Assembly (NCBI GenBank): GCA_016290725.1
Contig: JAEEUZ010000001.1
Span: 1-58,382 of the forward strand
DNA from: Bacteroidales bacterium
GTDB taxonomy: Bacteria > Bacteroidota > Bacteroidia > Bacteroidales > UBA932
Direction of reading: 5' to 3'
DNA length: 58,382 bases
In this document: piece by piece, positions 17,522 to 27,763 of the stretch
How the letters are laid out: each line of letters starts with the position of its first letter
How positions within the stretch are numbered: position 1 is the first letter of the stretch
Translations under genes and position numbers: made by a program
Notes under the pieces: generated by a model
Database searches by the model: none
What the model saw: the letters and a program-made list of their open reading frames with translations, nothing else
What the model was told of the DNA's origin: nothing

Positions 17522-19867
17522 ATGAAATTAAAGTATTTCTCCCTGCTACTTGTGTGTGCATCGCTCTCGGCTGCGGCGGCTCCGAATGAGCCCAGGCCGC
17601 TTGCGCTCACGCCGGATACGAAATTTGTCGCCCTGCCGGATTATGCCACGGTGGGTAAGTATATCATCGACGGTGCGTGGACGGTGAAGTCGGGCCAGAA
17701 CTATGCGTTCTACAATGTGGAGGGCCGGTGCATCTTCGGCTACGAGTACACCGTTCAGGGCAACCGCTGGCCGCAGATGGTAGGCGGCGCCGTGATCATG
17801 TACGCCAAGGGCAACACCTACGACAATCCCCAGCAGTACATCCTGTATCTGGACGGCTCGGTGAAGGAGCTGCCCGCGGAATTGACGGCCCCGGCAACGA
17901 ATTTTGTCGATGGCGTAGCGCTCATCGGCCGAAATGCTGGATTCAAGAAGGAATACATCTACATCAACACCCAGGGAGAAAGGGTTTACGGAGAGCTCAC
18001 CTCCAAGCCCATGCAGTTCTGCGGGGAGAACTATACGCTTCCCCCGCTCAGGGACGGCCTCCGGGCGTGGTGCGACCCGTCATCGTCGTGGGGCGGGAAG
18101 TGGGGATTCATCGACAAGGATGGAAATCTGGTCATCCCAGCGAAATATGACGAATGCCGTTCGTTCAGCGAAGGATATGCCATCGTCAAGGAAAACGGTT
18201 CGGTCTATTTCATCGACAAAAAGGGAAACAAGGCCTTCGAGCCGCAGTGGAGCGGCGTTTCCGGCATCCAGTCGGTGAGCGACGTGCACGACGGAATCAT
18301 TTCCGTGAGCGGCTATTCCGTGATGACATATTATAATACGAAGGGGGAGAAAATCGGCGAAGTGGACGGCGGTAGCTCCTTCTATGGCGGCTATGCGTTC
18401 TACAACATAAGCTCCGACTATTACTCCGGCACAACCTGGGTGATGGATAAAACCCTGAAGCAGGTGGGGAAGGCCGATGCCATCTACCTGGAATGGAATT
18501 ACAACGGCCACACGCCTGATTTCAACGACCTTGGGGTAGCCACATCCAGCGGCAAAAAGGTGATTGCGCCGGACGGCACCGTCCTCATACAGCATCGTGG
18601 AGTGAACGGCAACAGGGCCAACGACTACGAGATTGGGGATTTCAGTGGCAGCGGCTATGCCAAGGCGGAGCTGAGGCACAACGGCGACAAATATTACGGC
18701 TTCATCGACCTGGAAGGAAAATTCGTGATTGTGTTCGACTGGAACCGAAGCGTGACGGAAATCACCAGGGACGATAACAATCCTTATCTGATAATTGATC
18801 CCCCGGGAGGTGATCCCATCGGAGATCCCATCATTTATCCCATCCCCATAAACCCCGAAAAGGAAGACCCCATCGGCCCCAGGAACACCTCCAGGCAGGC
18901 ATATACCGTTAGCGTGAGGGCGGAACCGGCCGAGGGCGGCAGCGTCTCCGGAGGCGGGCAGTATTACAAGGACGACAAGGTGAAACTTGCCGCTACCGCA
19001 AGCGACGGATGGAAATTCACGGGCTTCAAATGCGAAACCCAGGGCGTGAGAATTAGCGAGGCGGGAGAGTTCACCATCGACGGCAAGGACGTGTCGGTGG
19101 TGGCCAATTTCGTAAAGAAAGATGTAATAGAGGACGTGACCACCACCGGGGCCTTCTGCGCCCATCAGGACATTTCCGTGAACGACGGCGAATACCATCT
19201 TATCTATGATGCCTACATGGAGATGAGCGCCGGAAAAGACATCGATACGCCTTACGGAAACAACACATCAGGTTTCCTCACCTGCATGATCGACGGCGAC
19301 GAAGTGATAACCGTAAAACAGAAGGTGAACGGCAAGGAATCCACGCTTTCATGCAGGATGTTCTTTGTGCCGATGAAGATTTCCGGCATAATCAAGGCCG
19401 ATGGGAAGCAGTATCTGGTGCTCGACGGCGGCCAGATGCTCGTTGGAGGCATAACTTTGGGCAAGGAAGACCCCCTGGCCGCCCTGTTCATCGAACTGGT
19501 GGCGGGCCACGACACCTTCGGCACGGTATCCAAAGGCCGATATCGCCTCGAACTCACGCAGTTCGACCCCTCAACCGGCGAATGCACCTTCGGCAACCTG
19601 GAGCGTTTCCATCCGCGGATGGGATGGATCCTCTCGGACGACTATCCCTCCACCCACGAGGACCGTGGCTTCTTGTCGGTAAACGTGGACGCCAGCATCC
19701 CCGGCGAATTCTTCCGCGGCCTTCACATGAAGCCCTGCTCCAAACGGCAAGTCCAGTGGACTCCCCCGAAGAGCTGGAGCGAAGACGCCTACGACGCCCT
19801 CGTGAAAGACCTTCTCCAGCAGCTTGGCGCGCTCGAGACCGACTGGGATATGACGTTTGGGAAATAA
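17522..19867 (+). CDS. Secreted WG-repeat protein with InlB B-repeat-like domain
   Basis: Signal peptide; KWGFIDKDGNLVIPAKYD, FSEG, YGFIDLEG; YTVSVRAEPAEGGSVSGGG...GWKF. Confidence 0.78.
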   Translation: MKLKYFSLLLVCASLSAAAAPNEPRPLALTPDTKFVALPDYATVGKYIIDGAWTVKSGQNYAFYNVEGRCIFGYEYTVQGNRWPQMVGGAVIMYAKGNTYDNPQQYILYLDGSVKELPAELTAPATNFVDGVALIGRNAGFKKEYIYINTQGERVYGELTSKPMQFCGENYTLPPLRDGLRAWCDPSSSWGGKWGFIDKDGNLVIPAKYDECRSFSEGYAIVKENGSVYFIDKKGNKAFEPQWSGVSGIQSVSDVHDGIISVSGYSVMTYYNTKGEKIGEVDGGSSFYGGYAFYNISSDYYSGTTWVMDKTLKQVGKADAIYLEWNYNGHTPDFNDLGVATSSGKKVIAPDGTVLIQHRGVNGNRANDYEIGDFSGSGYAKAELRHNGDKYYGFIDLEGKFVIVFDWNRSVTEITRDDNNPYLIIDPPGGDPIGDPIIYPIPINPEKEDPIGPRNTSRQAYTVSVRAEPAEGGSVSGGGQYYKDDKVKLAATASDGWKFTGFKCETQGVRISEAGEFTIDGKDVSVVANFVKKDVIEDVTTTGAFCAHQDISVNDGEYHLIYDAYMEMSAGKDIDTPYGNNTSGFLTCMIDGDEVITVKQKVNGKESTLSCRMFFVPMKISGIIKADGKQYLVLDGGQMLVGGITLGKEDPLAALFIELVAGHDTFGTVSKGRYRLELTQFDPSTGECTFGNLERFHPRMGWILSDDYPSTHEDRGFLSVNVDASIPGEFFRGLHMKPCSKRQVQWTPPKSWSEDAYDALVKDLLQQLGALETDWDMTFGK

Positions 19868-19872
19868 GGTAA

Positions 19873-20865
19873 CTACTTCTTTTTGTAGATCTTGCCGAGG
19901 TCGAGGTCTTCGCCGATGGGCATTTGGGGGTCGGTCACCGATACGTCGATGATGCGGCCGCGGCGGAGCATGACCTCTTCCTCAAGGAAGCGGAGCTGCT
20001 CTTTCATGCAGTATAGCATGTTGGCGGCCATATCGTGGGAGTGGCCCGCGTAGCTGTAGAAGTGGTAGGTGTAGCCTTTGGGGGCGTAAATGTCCTTTAC
20101 AAGGGCGCTGGAGCCGTACATTCCGTATTTACCGAAGGTTCTTTTGCCGATCATCACGGCGCCGTCCTTGGTGCCGTGGACGAGCAGCTGCGGGGCCGGG
20201 GTTCGGGAGTATGTGGGCAGGCCGGTGAGCGTCATTAGCGCTCCGGCGAAAGACATCACGCCTTTGAAATGGAACCCTTCCGGGAGGCCCGCCGCCTCCG
20301 CCAGGGATGGCGCGCCGTTCCAGGCGTTGCACGCGTCAAGTTCCGCGGCCAGGCTTATCATCGCCCCTGCGGAATTACCCATCATCACGATGTTCTCCGG
20401 GTCTATGCCCTTCTTGTCGATGAGAAACTTAACCGCGGAGAAAACATCCTCTACGCCGATGTCCACGGCCCTTTTCGTGAGCCGGCAACTCTCGAACAGG
20501 TGGAACACGTCGAACTTCATGTCGATGCCCTTGAGCCCCAGGCGATAATCCACGGCCACCACGCGGTAGCCATGGTCCATATACTCCTGGAACCAGGGGA
20601 AGTAGAACGGGTCGTTGCGGAAGCCCCAGATGAAGCCGCTGCCGAAGGCGAAGACCAAAGTGGGCTTCTGGATGCCTTGGAACGTGGTTTCGGAGCCCGG
20701 GGTGGGTTCGTAGATGTCCAGGAACAGGTCGCAGGTATCCCGGTGGGCGAAGAGGCAGGTCTCCGAAGGGGTGAGCTTGGGGGTGTTGTCATCGGCCTGA
20801 GCCTGAACGCCAGGGACACCCATTGCAAGGGTTGATGCCATAAGAAGGAGTAGGATTCTTTTCAT
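19873..20865 (-). CDS. Secreted alpha/beta-hydrolase (esterase)
   Basis: Signal peptide, FGSGF, VDYRLG, GNSAG, HGTKD. Confidence 0.82.
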   Translation of the reverse strand: MKRILLLLMASTLAMGVPGVQAQADDNTPKLTPSETCLFAHRDTCDLFLDIYEPTPGSETTFQGIQKPTLVFAFGSGFIWGFRNDPFYFPWFQEYMDHGYRVVAVDYRLGLKGIDMKFDVFHLFESCRLTKRAVDIGVEDVFSAVKFLIDKKGIDPENIVMMGNSAGAMISLAAELDACNAWNGAPSLAEAAGLPEGFHFKGVMSFAGALMTLTGLPTYSRTPAPQLLVHGTKDGAVMIGKRTFGKYGMYGSSALVKDIYAPKGYTYHFYSYAGHSHDMAANMLYCMKEQLRFLEEEVMLRRGRIIDVSVTDPQMPIGEDLDLGKIYKKK

Positions 20866-20911
20866 AAGCACAAAAATAATCCTTATATTTGGAGAAACAA
20901 AATCACGTAAT

Positions 20912-22288
20912 ATGTTTTCAAAGGAAATTTACGCTAGGCGCAGGGAAACACTCCTGCGGAAAATGAGGGAAGCCGGCCAGAACGGCATGGTGCTGTTCGT
21001 GGGCAACGTGGAGGCCCCCGCCCAATATAAGGACAACTGCTATAAATGGCGTCAGGACAGCTCCTGGCTGTATTTCTTCGGCATCGATGAGCCGCATTAT
21101 GCAGCGCTCCTGGACATCAATACCGGGGCGGAATGCATTTATGCCGATGACGTCGATATCGACGATATCATCTGGATGGGCCCCCAGCCTTCGGTTCAGT
21201 CCAGGGCGGAGGGCGTTGGCGTGGCGAAATCGGCCCCCTATGCCGCTCTGGAGGAGGCTCTGAAGGGTGGACGCCCGGTGCATTTCCTGCCGCCGAGCCG
21301 GTACTACAACACGATGGAACTGGCGCGTTTGATGCCCGGAGCGGAGCCGTCGCTGCCGCTTATCAAGGCGGTTGTGTCGATGAGGCTCATCAAGGAGGAC
21401 ATCGAGATTGCGGCGCTGGACGCGGCCTGCGACCTGGGTTACGAGATGCACAGCATCGGCCGGGATAATATAAAGCTCGGCATCATCGAACAGGACATTG
21501 TGGGTAAGATGGAGGGCTTCTGCCTTGAAAAGGGCTGGGGCGTATCGTTCCCCACGATTCTCACCCAGCACGGAGAAACGCTGCATAACCACCTGCACGA
21601 CAAGATTATAGAGCCTGGAAAACTGATGGTGATAGACGCCGGCTGCGAGAGCAACGAGCACTATGCGTCGGACTTCACCCGCACATATCCCACTTCCGGG
21701 AAGTTCTCCACCAAACAGAGGGAGATTTACCAGATTGTGGCCGATTGCAACGAGCTGGCGTATTCAATCACACAGCCCGGAATCACATACCGCGAGGTGC
21801 ATCTAGCTGTTGCGCGCAAGATGCTGGAGGGGCTTTCCGCGCTTGGTCTTGTGAAGGGCGACCTGGACGAAATGGTTGCCGCCGGTATCGCCGGCCTGTT
21901 CCAGCCCCACGGCCTTGGCCACAACATGGGCCTGGACGTGCACGACATGGAGGATCTGGGCGAGAACTATGTGGGCTACGATGAAGGCCAGGTGCGCGCA
22001 AAGCAGCTGGGCCTCGGTTCGCTGCGCATGGCAAGGAAGCTTGTTCCCGGCCATGTAATCACCGATGAGCCGGGTATTTACTTCATCCCTGCACTCATCG
22101 AAAAGTTCAAGAAGGAAGGCCTTGGCGGCGACTTTGTGAATTACGCCGCGCTCGAAGGCTACTACGATTTCGGCGGCATCCGTCTGGAAGACGATGTGCT
22201 GGTAACGGCAGAAGGCGCCCGCCGCCTTGGCCATCACCGCCTCCCCATCGCCCCGGACGATGTTGAGGCCGCCATGAAATCGTGTTGA
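20912..22288 (+). CDS. pepP: Xaa-Pro aminopeptidase (M24B)
   Basis: LHNH, DAG, ASDFTRT, HGLGHNMGLDVHD, TDEPGIY, GIRLEDD. Confidence 0.9.
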   Translation: MFSKEIYARRRETLLRKMREAGQNGMVLFVGNVEAPAQYKDNCYKWRQDSSWLYFFGIDEPHYAALLDINTGAECIYADDVDIDDIIWMGPQPSVQSRAEGVGVAKSAPYAALEEALKGGRPVHFLPPSRYYNTMELARLMPGAEPSLPLIKAVVSMRLIKEDIEIAALDAACDLGYEMHSIGRDNIKLGIIEQDIVGKMEGFCLEKGWGVSFPTILTQHGETLHNHLHDKIIEPGKLMVIDAGCESNEHYASDFTRTYPTSGKFSTKQREIYQIVADCNELAYSITQPGITYREVHLAVARKMLEGLSALGLVKGDLDEMVAAGIAGLFQPHGLGHNMGLDVHDMEDLGENYVGYDEGQVRAKQLGLGSLRMARKLVPGHVITDEPGIYFIPALIEKFKKEGLGGDFVNYAALEGYYDFGGIRLEDDVLVTAEGARRLGHHRLPIAPDDVEAAMKSC

Positions 22289-22292
22289 AAAC

Positions 22293-22323
22293 TTTGTTAA
22301 TTAATTAAAAATTACTATCTTTG
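22293..22323 (+). promoter_or_regulatory. str operon promoter (-33 TTTG / -7 TATCTTTG)
   Basis: Consensus boxes with 19-nt spacing. Confidence 0.7.
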
Positions 22324-22396
22324 TCGCCCCAAAAAAGCGGGACATAAGACCCGCGGATTTGGGGCGTAACTATAACTTATTTATTAACAAACATTT

Positions 22397-22780
22397 ATGC
22401 CAACAATTCAACAACTTGTCCGCAAAGGACGCGAGCAACTTGAAGTAAAGAGCAAGTCTCGCGCGTTGGATGCTTGCCCTCAGAAGCGCGGCGTGTGCCT
22501 CCGTGTGTACACCACCACGCCTAAGAAACCTAACTCGGCTATGCGTAAGGTAGCCCGTGTGAGGCTTTCCAACACCAAAGAGGTCAACGCATACATCCCC
22601 GGAGAAGGCCACAACCTCCAGGAGCACAGCATCGTGCTTGTGCGCGGCGGCCGTGTAAAAGACCTCCCCGGTGTCCGTTACCACATCCTTCGTGGTGCCT
22701 TGGATACAGCTGGCGTAGACGGCAGGACCCAGTCCCGTTCCCTCTATGGCGCCAAACGTCCCAAGAAAGCCAAGAAGTAA
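22397..22780 (+). CDS. rpsL: 30S ribosomal protein S12
   Basis: [27 protein letters not shown]. Confidence 0.99.
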   Translation: MPTIQQLVRKGREQLEVKSKSRALDACPQKRGVCLRVYTTTPKKPNSAMRKVARVRLSNTKEVNAYIPGEGHNLQEHSIVLVRGGRVKDLPGVRYHILRGALDTAGVDGRTQSRSLYGAKRPKKAKK

Positions 22781-22808
22781 TTTACAAATCACCTAACAAT
22801 TTTTCAAA

Positions 22809-23285
22809 ATGAGAAAAGCGAAGCCTAAAAAGAGGATTCTACTTCCTGATCCTAAGTTTCACGACGTGGAGGTTACCCGTTTCGTGAACAATCTTATGCT
22901 CCAGGGGAAGAAGAGTATCGCGTATTCGATCTTTTATGATGCTATCGACATGGTAGGCGAGAAGATGAAAGATTCTGACAAGGCTCCTCTCGATATTTGG
23001 AAGTCCGCATTGGAGAACGTGACTCCTCAGATTGAGGTCAAGTCACGCCGTATCGGCGGTGCAAACTTCCAGGTGCCGACCGAGTTGCGTCCGGAACGCA
23101 AAGTCTCCGTAGCCATGAAGAACCTTATCCAGTTCGCACGCAAGCGCTCGGGACACTCGATGGCAGAAAAGCTCTGCGCGGAAATCGTAGCCGCCTACAA
23201 CAGCGAAGGTGGCGCCTTCAAGCGTAAGGAAGACATGCACAGAATGGCAGAGGCCAACAAGGCATTTGCACACTTCCGTTTCTAA
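22809..23285 (+). CDS. rpsG: 30S ribosomal protein S7
   Basis: [30 protein letters not shown]. Confidence 0.99.
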   Translation: MRKAKPKKRILLPDPKFHDVEVTRFVNNLMLQGKKSIAYSIFYDAIDMVGEKMKDSDKAPLDIWKSALENVTPQIEVKSRRIGGANFQVPTELRPERKVSVAMKNLIQFARKRSGHSMAEKLCAEIVAAYNSEGGAFKRKEDMHRMAEANKAFAHFRF

Positions 23286-23299
23286 GATCTGTAAACTGA

Positions 23300-25429
23300 A
23301 TGGCCAAGAGAGATCTCAGGTACACACGTAACATCGGCATCATGGCGCACATCGATGCCGGTAAAACCACTACGTCCGAACGTATCCTTTATTACACCGG
23401 GAAAACCCACAAGATAGGAGAGGTACACGAAGGCGCGGCCACCATGGACTGGATGGTGCAGGAGCAGGAGAGGGGAATTACCATCACCTCCGCAGCAACT
23501 ACGGCATTCTGGCACTATGAGGGCGAAACCTTCCAGATCAACCTTATCGACACTCCCGGGCACGTGGACTTCACCGTGGAGGTGGAGCGCTCGCTGAGGG
23601 TTCTGGACGGAGCGGTTGCCACATTCTGCGCCGTCGGCCGGGTTCAGCCCCAGAGCGAAACCGTCTGGCGTCAGGCCGATAAATACAATGTGCCGAAGAT
23701 CGCGTATGTGAACAAGATGGACCGGGTAGGGGCCGATTTCCTCGCATGTGTGGAGGATATCAAGGTCAAACTCGGAGCCACCGCGGTTCCCGTCTGTCTC
23801 CCCATCGGTGCCGAAGACAAGTTCGAAGGCATCATCGACCTCATCGACATGAAGGCTATCTTCTACAATTCTTCCGAGGAGCTCGTGAATTATCACGAAG
23901 GCCCCATTCCGGAGGAACTCAAGGGAGAGGCCGCGCGCTGGAGGGATATCCTTCTGGAAGCGGCCGCGGAATGCGATGAGTCGCTTATGGAGAAGTTCTT
24001 CGAGGATCCGGATTCCCTTACCCGCGAGGAGATTATCGCCGCGCTGCGCAAAGGCTGCATCTCGATGCAGATCGTGCCGGCCTGCTGCGGTTCCTCCTTC
24101 AAGAACAAGGGCGTACAGTTCCTCCTGGATGCCGTTATGAGGTATCTGCCTTCTCCGCTGGACAAGGGGTCGGTAACAGGAACGCACCCCCGTACCGGAG
24201 ACGAACTTGAACGCAAACCTTCCGCAGACGAACCCTTCTGCGCTCTCGTATTCAAGATTGCGACGGATCCCTTCGTGGGCCGCCTCGCTTTCATGAGGGC
24301 GTATTCCGGACGTCTGGATGCCGGTTCCTACGTATATAATACGCGTACGGGCAAGAAGGAAAGGGTTGCACGCCTGTATCAGATGCACTCCAACCACCAG
24401 AACCCCATCGAGTTCGTGGAGGCGGGTGATATCTGCGCAGCCGTGGGCTTCAAGGAACTCCACACGGGCGACACGGTGTGCGATGAGAGCCATCCCATCA
24501 CTCTGGAATCCATGGATTTCCCGGATCCGGTTATCGGCATCGCGGTAGAGCCCAAGACCCAGCAGGATCTTGACAAGCTGGCCGTGGCGCTTGGTAAACT
24601 GGCGGAGGAAGACCCCACCTTCACGGTGAAGTCGGACAACGAAACCGGGCAAACCATCATCTCCGGCATGGGAGAGCTCCATCTGGACATCATCGTGGAC
24701 CGTCTGCGCCGCGAATTCGGCGTAGACATCAACCAGGGTGCTCCGCACGTCAACTACAAGGAAGCTATCACCACCAGCACTCAGCTGCGTGAGGTTTTCC
24801 GCAAGCAGACGGGCGGCCGTGGAAAGTTCGCAGACATCGTGGTCGAAATCGGTCCCGCGGACGAAGGCGTCCAGGGGCTCCAGTTCGACAATCAGGTCAA
24901 GGGTGGCAACATCCCCAAGGAATTCATCCCCTCCGTGGAGAAAGGATTCCAGGCCGCAATGGCAAACGGCGTCCTTGCCGGAAACGAGGTCCCGTCCCTG
25001 AAAGTTACCCTTCTGGACGGCAGCTTCCATCCGGTGGACTCAGACCAGCTCTCCTTTGAGCTGGCCGCCAGGATGGCTTTCCGCAATGCCTGCCCCAAGT
25101 GCCATCCGGTACTTCTCGAGCCCATCATGTCGCTCGAGGTAGTAACTCCGGAAGAGTACATGGGCGACATTGTGGGAGACCTCAACCGCCGCCGCGGCCA
25201 GATTGTCGCAATGGACTCCAGCGGGAGCGGAGCACGCATCGTCAAGGCGTTTGTTCCTCTTGCAGAACAGTTCGGTTATGTCACGGTGCTGCGTACGCTG
25301 TCCAGCGGACGTGCTACCAGCACCATGACATTTGACCACTATGCCGAAGTCCCCGCAACGCTCGCAAAGGGCATTGTGGAAAAGAGCGGCTACTCAACCA
25401 GGAACATGTTCCCTGACGACACACTTTAG
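23300..25429 (+). CDS. fusA: Elongation factor G
   Basis: [38 protein letters not shown]. Confidence 0.99.
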   Translation: MAKRDLRYTRNIGIMAHIDAGKTTTSERILYYTGKTHKIGEVHEGAATMDWMVQEQERGITITSAATTAFWHYEGETFQINLIDTPGHVDFTVEVERSLRVLDGAVATFCAVGRVQPQSETVWRQADKYNVPKIAYVNKMDRVGADFLACVEDIKVKLGATAVPVCLPIGAEDKFEGIIDLIDMKAIFYNSSEELVNYHEGPIPEELKGEAARWRDILLEAAAECDESLMEKFFEDPDSLTREEIIAALRKGCISMQIVPACCGSSFKNKGVQFLLDAVMRYLPSPLDKGSVTGTHPRTGDELERKPSADEPFCALVFKIATDPFVGRLAFMRAYSGRLDAGSYVYNTRTGKKERVARLYQMHSNHQNPIEFVEAGDICAAVGFKELHTGDTVCDESHPITLESMDFPDPVIGIAVEPKTQQDLDKLAVALGKLAEEDPTFTVKSDNETGQTIISGMGELHLDIIVDRLRREFGVDINQGAPHVNYKEAITTSTQLREVFRKQTGGRGKFADIVVEIGPADEGVQGLQFDNQVKGGNIPKEFIPSVEKGFQAAMANGVLAGNEVPSLKVTLLDGSFHPVDSDQLSFELAARMAFRNACPKCHPVLLEPIMSLEVVTPEEYMGDIVGDLNRRRGQIVAMDSSGSGARIVKAFVPLAEQFGYVTVLRTLSSGRATSTMTFDHYAEVPATLAKGIVEKSGYSTRNMFPDDTL

Positions 25430-25452
25430 CAAAAATTTAAAAGTTTAGCAAT

Positions 25453-25758
25453 ATGAGCCAGAAAATCAGAATCAAACTGAAATCATTCGATCACATGCTG
25501 GTGGACAAGTCCGCAGCCAAGATCGTGGATACAGTGAAGGCAACGGGTGCAAAGGTTGTGGGTCCCATTCCTCTTCCTACAGGCAAGAAGATCTTCACTG
25601 TGAACCGCTCCACCTTCGTTAACAAGAAGAGCCGCGAGCAGTTCGAACTCGACTCCTATGTCCGTCTTCTGGACATCGACGACAGCAACGCAAAGACCGT
25701 CGATTCCCTGATGAAGCTGGAACTCCCTTCGGGTGTCGAGGTGGAAATCAAAGTGTGA
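25453..25758 (+). CDS. rpsJ: 30S ribosomal protein S10
   Basis: [25 protein letters not shown]. Confidence 0.99.
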   Translation: MSQKIRIKLKSFDHMLVDKSAAKIVDTVKATGAKVVGPIPLPTGKKIFTVNRSTFVNKKSREQFELDSYVRLLDIDDSNAKTVDSLMKLELPSGVEVEIKV

Positions 25759-25801
25759 TAGAGCACGCGATTTTTTGCTATCTTTGTATTAGATAGCACC
25801 C

Positions 25802-25875
25802 GGTCCCTTAGCTCAGTCGGTTAGAGCAGCGGACTCATAATCCGTGGGTCGTGGGTTCAAGTCCCCCAGGGACCA
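25802..25875 (+). tRNA. tRNA with CAT anticodon, most likely tRNA-Ile2 (lysidine)
   Basis: GGTCCCTTAGCTCAGTCGGTTAGAGCAGCGGACTCATAATCC...GGTTCAAGTCCCCCAGGGACCA; paired G1-C72 and no GGG/CCC anticodon stem, so not initiator; resembles ileX type; own TATCTTTG box at 25779-25786. Confidence 0.88.
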
Positions 25876-25912
25876 CAAATATGGCTTGCACAATTTGTGC
25901 AAGCCATATTTG
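25876..25912. terminator. Long perfect hairpin after the tRNA
   Basis: caaatatggcttgcaca-att-tgtgcaagccatatttg. Confidence 0.65.
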
Positions 25913-26000
25913 TAGTCCCTTCTTCTTCGAAGATACCGGGGGGCTAACCCCCCGAACCCCCTGTGTCGGCCAAGGCCTCCGATTTTGTGTCCCCTTCCAT

Positions 26001-26399
26001 TTAGATTTTTATTCCCAGTTGCTTGGCGGCGCTGTTGATCAGCTTGTCCAGCATGATGGGTTTGGTGATGAAGTCGTTGGCGCCGAGGTTGTAGGCCTTC
26101 ACGATGTCTTCGTTGGAGTTGAGGGCCGAGAGCACAACGACGCGAAGATCCGACAATTCGGGATTCTTGCGTATTTGCTCCAGAGTTTGGAAGCCGTCCA
26201 TGATGGGCATCATAATGTCCAAAAACACCAAATCAGGCTTGTCTGCGAGGATTTCCCGCATTGCTTCAAGTCCATTTTCCGCCTTGAGAATGCGAAATCC
26301 GAAGCGTGAAAGCATTTTCTCCACCAACATCACATTCAGGGGGACATCATCCACCACAAGGATGCTGTATTTGCTGAGGTCCAGTTTGAGGTCTTCCAT
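26001..26399 (-). CDS. Single-domain response regulator (receiver only)
   Basis: ILVVDD, LDIMMP, KP; start re-called at MEDLK with TAATG coupling to the upstream AraC gene. Confidence 0.9.
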   Translation of the reverse strand: MEDLKLDLSKYSILVVDDVPLNVMLVEKMLSRFGFRILKAENGLEAMREILADKPDLVFLDIMMPIMDGFQTLEQIRKNPELSDLRVVVLSALNSNEDIVKAYNLGANDFITKPIMLDKLINSAAKQLGIKI

Positions 26400-27757
26400 T
26401 ACTGCAGGTCGGGTTTGCCTTCGCGAATGCCTGCGATCCACACCTTGGGCGTTACGCCGGTAACTTTCTTGAAGATGCTGTTGAATGCCGATGCGCTGAG
26501 GAAGCCGCATGCCGCGGCTATTTCGTCCTGCTTGGCGCTGCGGTGATTGATGATATACTGCTCTGCATAGTCTATGCGCAAAGTGTTGAGCAGTTCCGGG
26601 AAGCCAAGGTTATAGGTGTTGTTCACCAGCTTGGATACATAGGTCTTGTTGGTTTTCAGGCGGTCTGCCACATCGCCCAGGGTGAGGCTTGGCTGCAGGA
26701 AGAGCTGCTCTTTCACCATAAGCGTCTGGAAGCGGGAGAGGAGGCTGTCGTCGTCCCAGGTTCTTGCCATGGAGGCGAAAAGATTCTCCTTGACAAGAGT
26801 GGATTTCGCTCCGCCTTGCTGCATGGCATCCGGATCCTCATGGATATGTTCGCCGATTTTCTCCCTCAGGCGTCGAAGGCCTTCTTCCTCCGCCTCGTCC
26901 AGAAGGTCGTCCAGCGTAAATTCAACTATAATCGACTTGATTTTGTCGTTGTAGTTGTACACCATCACGTGCCTCATATTCTCTAGTGTAACCTTTTCCC
27001 TTGCGCCGAATAGCGCCGTAAAGGCTACGTTGAAGACAGCTGCCGCCATCGCGAGCGAAATAATAATCAGCAGCCATGGATGTTGTTGAAGTATCCGGTT
27101 GCCGATAAGGATTTTTGCCAATACCAAAACAATAGGCAGGAACAGGTTCGAGAACTGAATCTGCATCACAGAGATTGGCTCGCCTTTTCTCCAGAAGTCG
27201 CGGAAATCTTTGATTTTGAACCTATTCTTCCGGGCATGGTACACAAGCATGATGAATCCCAGCAACAGTTCCGTTCCAATGACGACTCTGAAAAGTACAA
27301 AAGTCCACAGGTAATAGGCAAAAAGCACTTTATCCTCTCTTGGACGGCGAACCGGAAGGCCTTCGTTGTAGATGTCGTGCAGATAATTGGCAATAGGTTC
27401 CACTCCTTTAAGGTGTGTTATCAGTGCGCTGGCCGTGATAAATACAACCGGAATTATAGCCCAGGACCATTGCGCCGATGTGAATTTTGTCTTATGTTTG
27501 AGCTGGTACAGGTACATCCACATCAGAGGAATGAGGCATGGACCGGCGAATAGTTCCAGCAAGGTCATATAAACAAGTAATTCCGGATTCACATCCGGAT
27601 TTGCATAGCTTGAGTCTGTTACAAGGAATAGCCCAAGCATTATCAGAAAGAGTGCAAATATACCATATGTGCACGTTCTTCGGGATACGAAATAATTCAA
27701 CAATATCCACCCGAAGCAGGCCGCAGCCGGCAATAGTAGAAACAGTAGTCGTATCAT
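26399..27757 (-). CDS. Multi-TM membrane-anchored AraC-family regulator
   Basis: About 7 hydrophobic segments, then LFLQPSLTL...LRIDYA...CGF...FKKVTG.TP HTH_18. Confidence 0.9.
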   Translation of the reverse strand: MIRLLFLLLPAAACFGWILLNYFVSRRTCTYGIFALFLIMLGLFLVTDSSYANPDVNPELLVYMTLLELFAGPCLIPLMWMYLYQLKHKTKFTSAQWSWAIIPVVFITASALITHLKGVEPIANYLHDIYNEGLPVRRPREDKVLFAYYLWTFVLFRVVIGTELLLGFIMLVYHARKNRFKIKDFRDFWRKGEPISVMQIQFSNLFLPIVLVLAKILIGNRILQQHPWLLIIISLAMAAAVFNVAFTALFGAREKVTLENMRHVMVYNYNDKIKSIIVEFTLDDLLDEAEEEGLRRLREKIGEHIHEDPDAMQQGGAKSTLVKENLFASMARTWDDDSLLSRFQTLMVKEQLFLQPSLTLGDVADRLKTNKTYVSKLVNNTYNLGFPELLNTLRIDYAEQYIINHRSAKQDEIAAACGFLSASAFNSIFKKVTGVTPKVWIAGIREGKPDLQ

Positions 27758-27763
27758 AGCGGC

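Noticed and set aside
23282-25030. Long antisense or alternate-frame ORFs (also 42205-43698, 48632-50545, 34239-35441, 18080-19198, 56784-57890)
   Set aside because: Shadows of well-supported genes caused by codon bias; no recognisable motifs
25802-25875. Initiator tRNA-fMet
   Set aside because: First base pair is matched and the anticodon stem lacks three consecutive G-C pairs; elongator Met is not fully excluded
25936-25962. GGGGGCTAACCCCCCGAACCCCC hairpin as an ncRNA
   Set aside because: Short single-copy motif in this window, probably a REP-like element; not enough evidence
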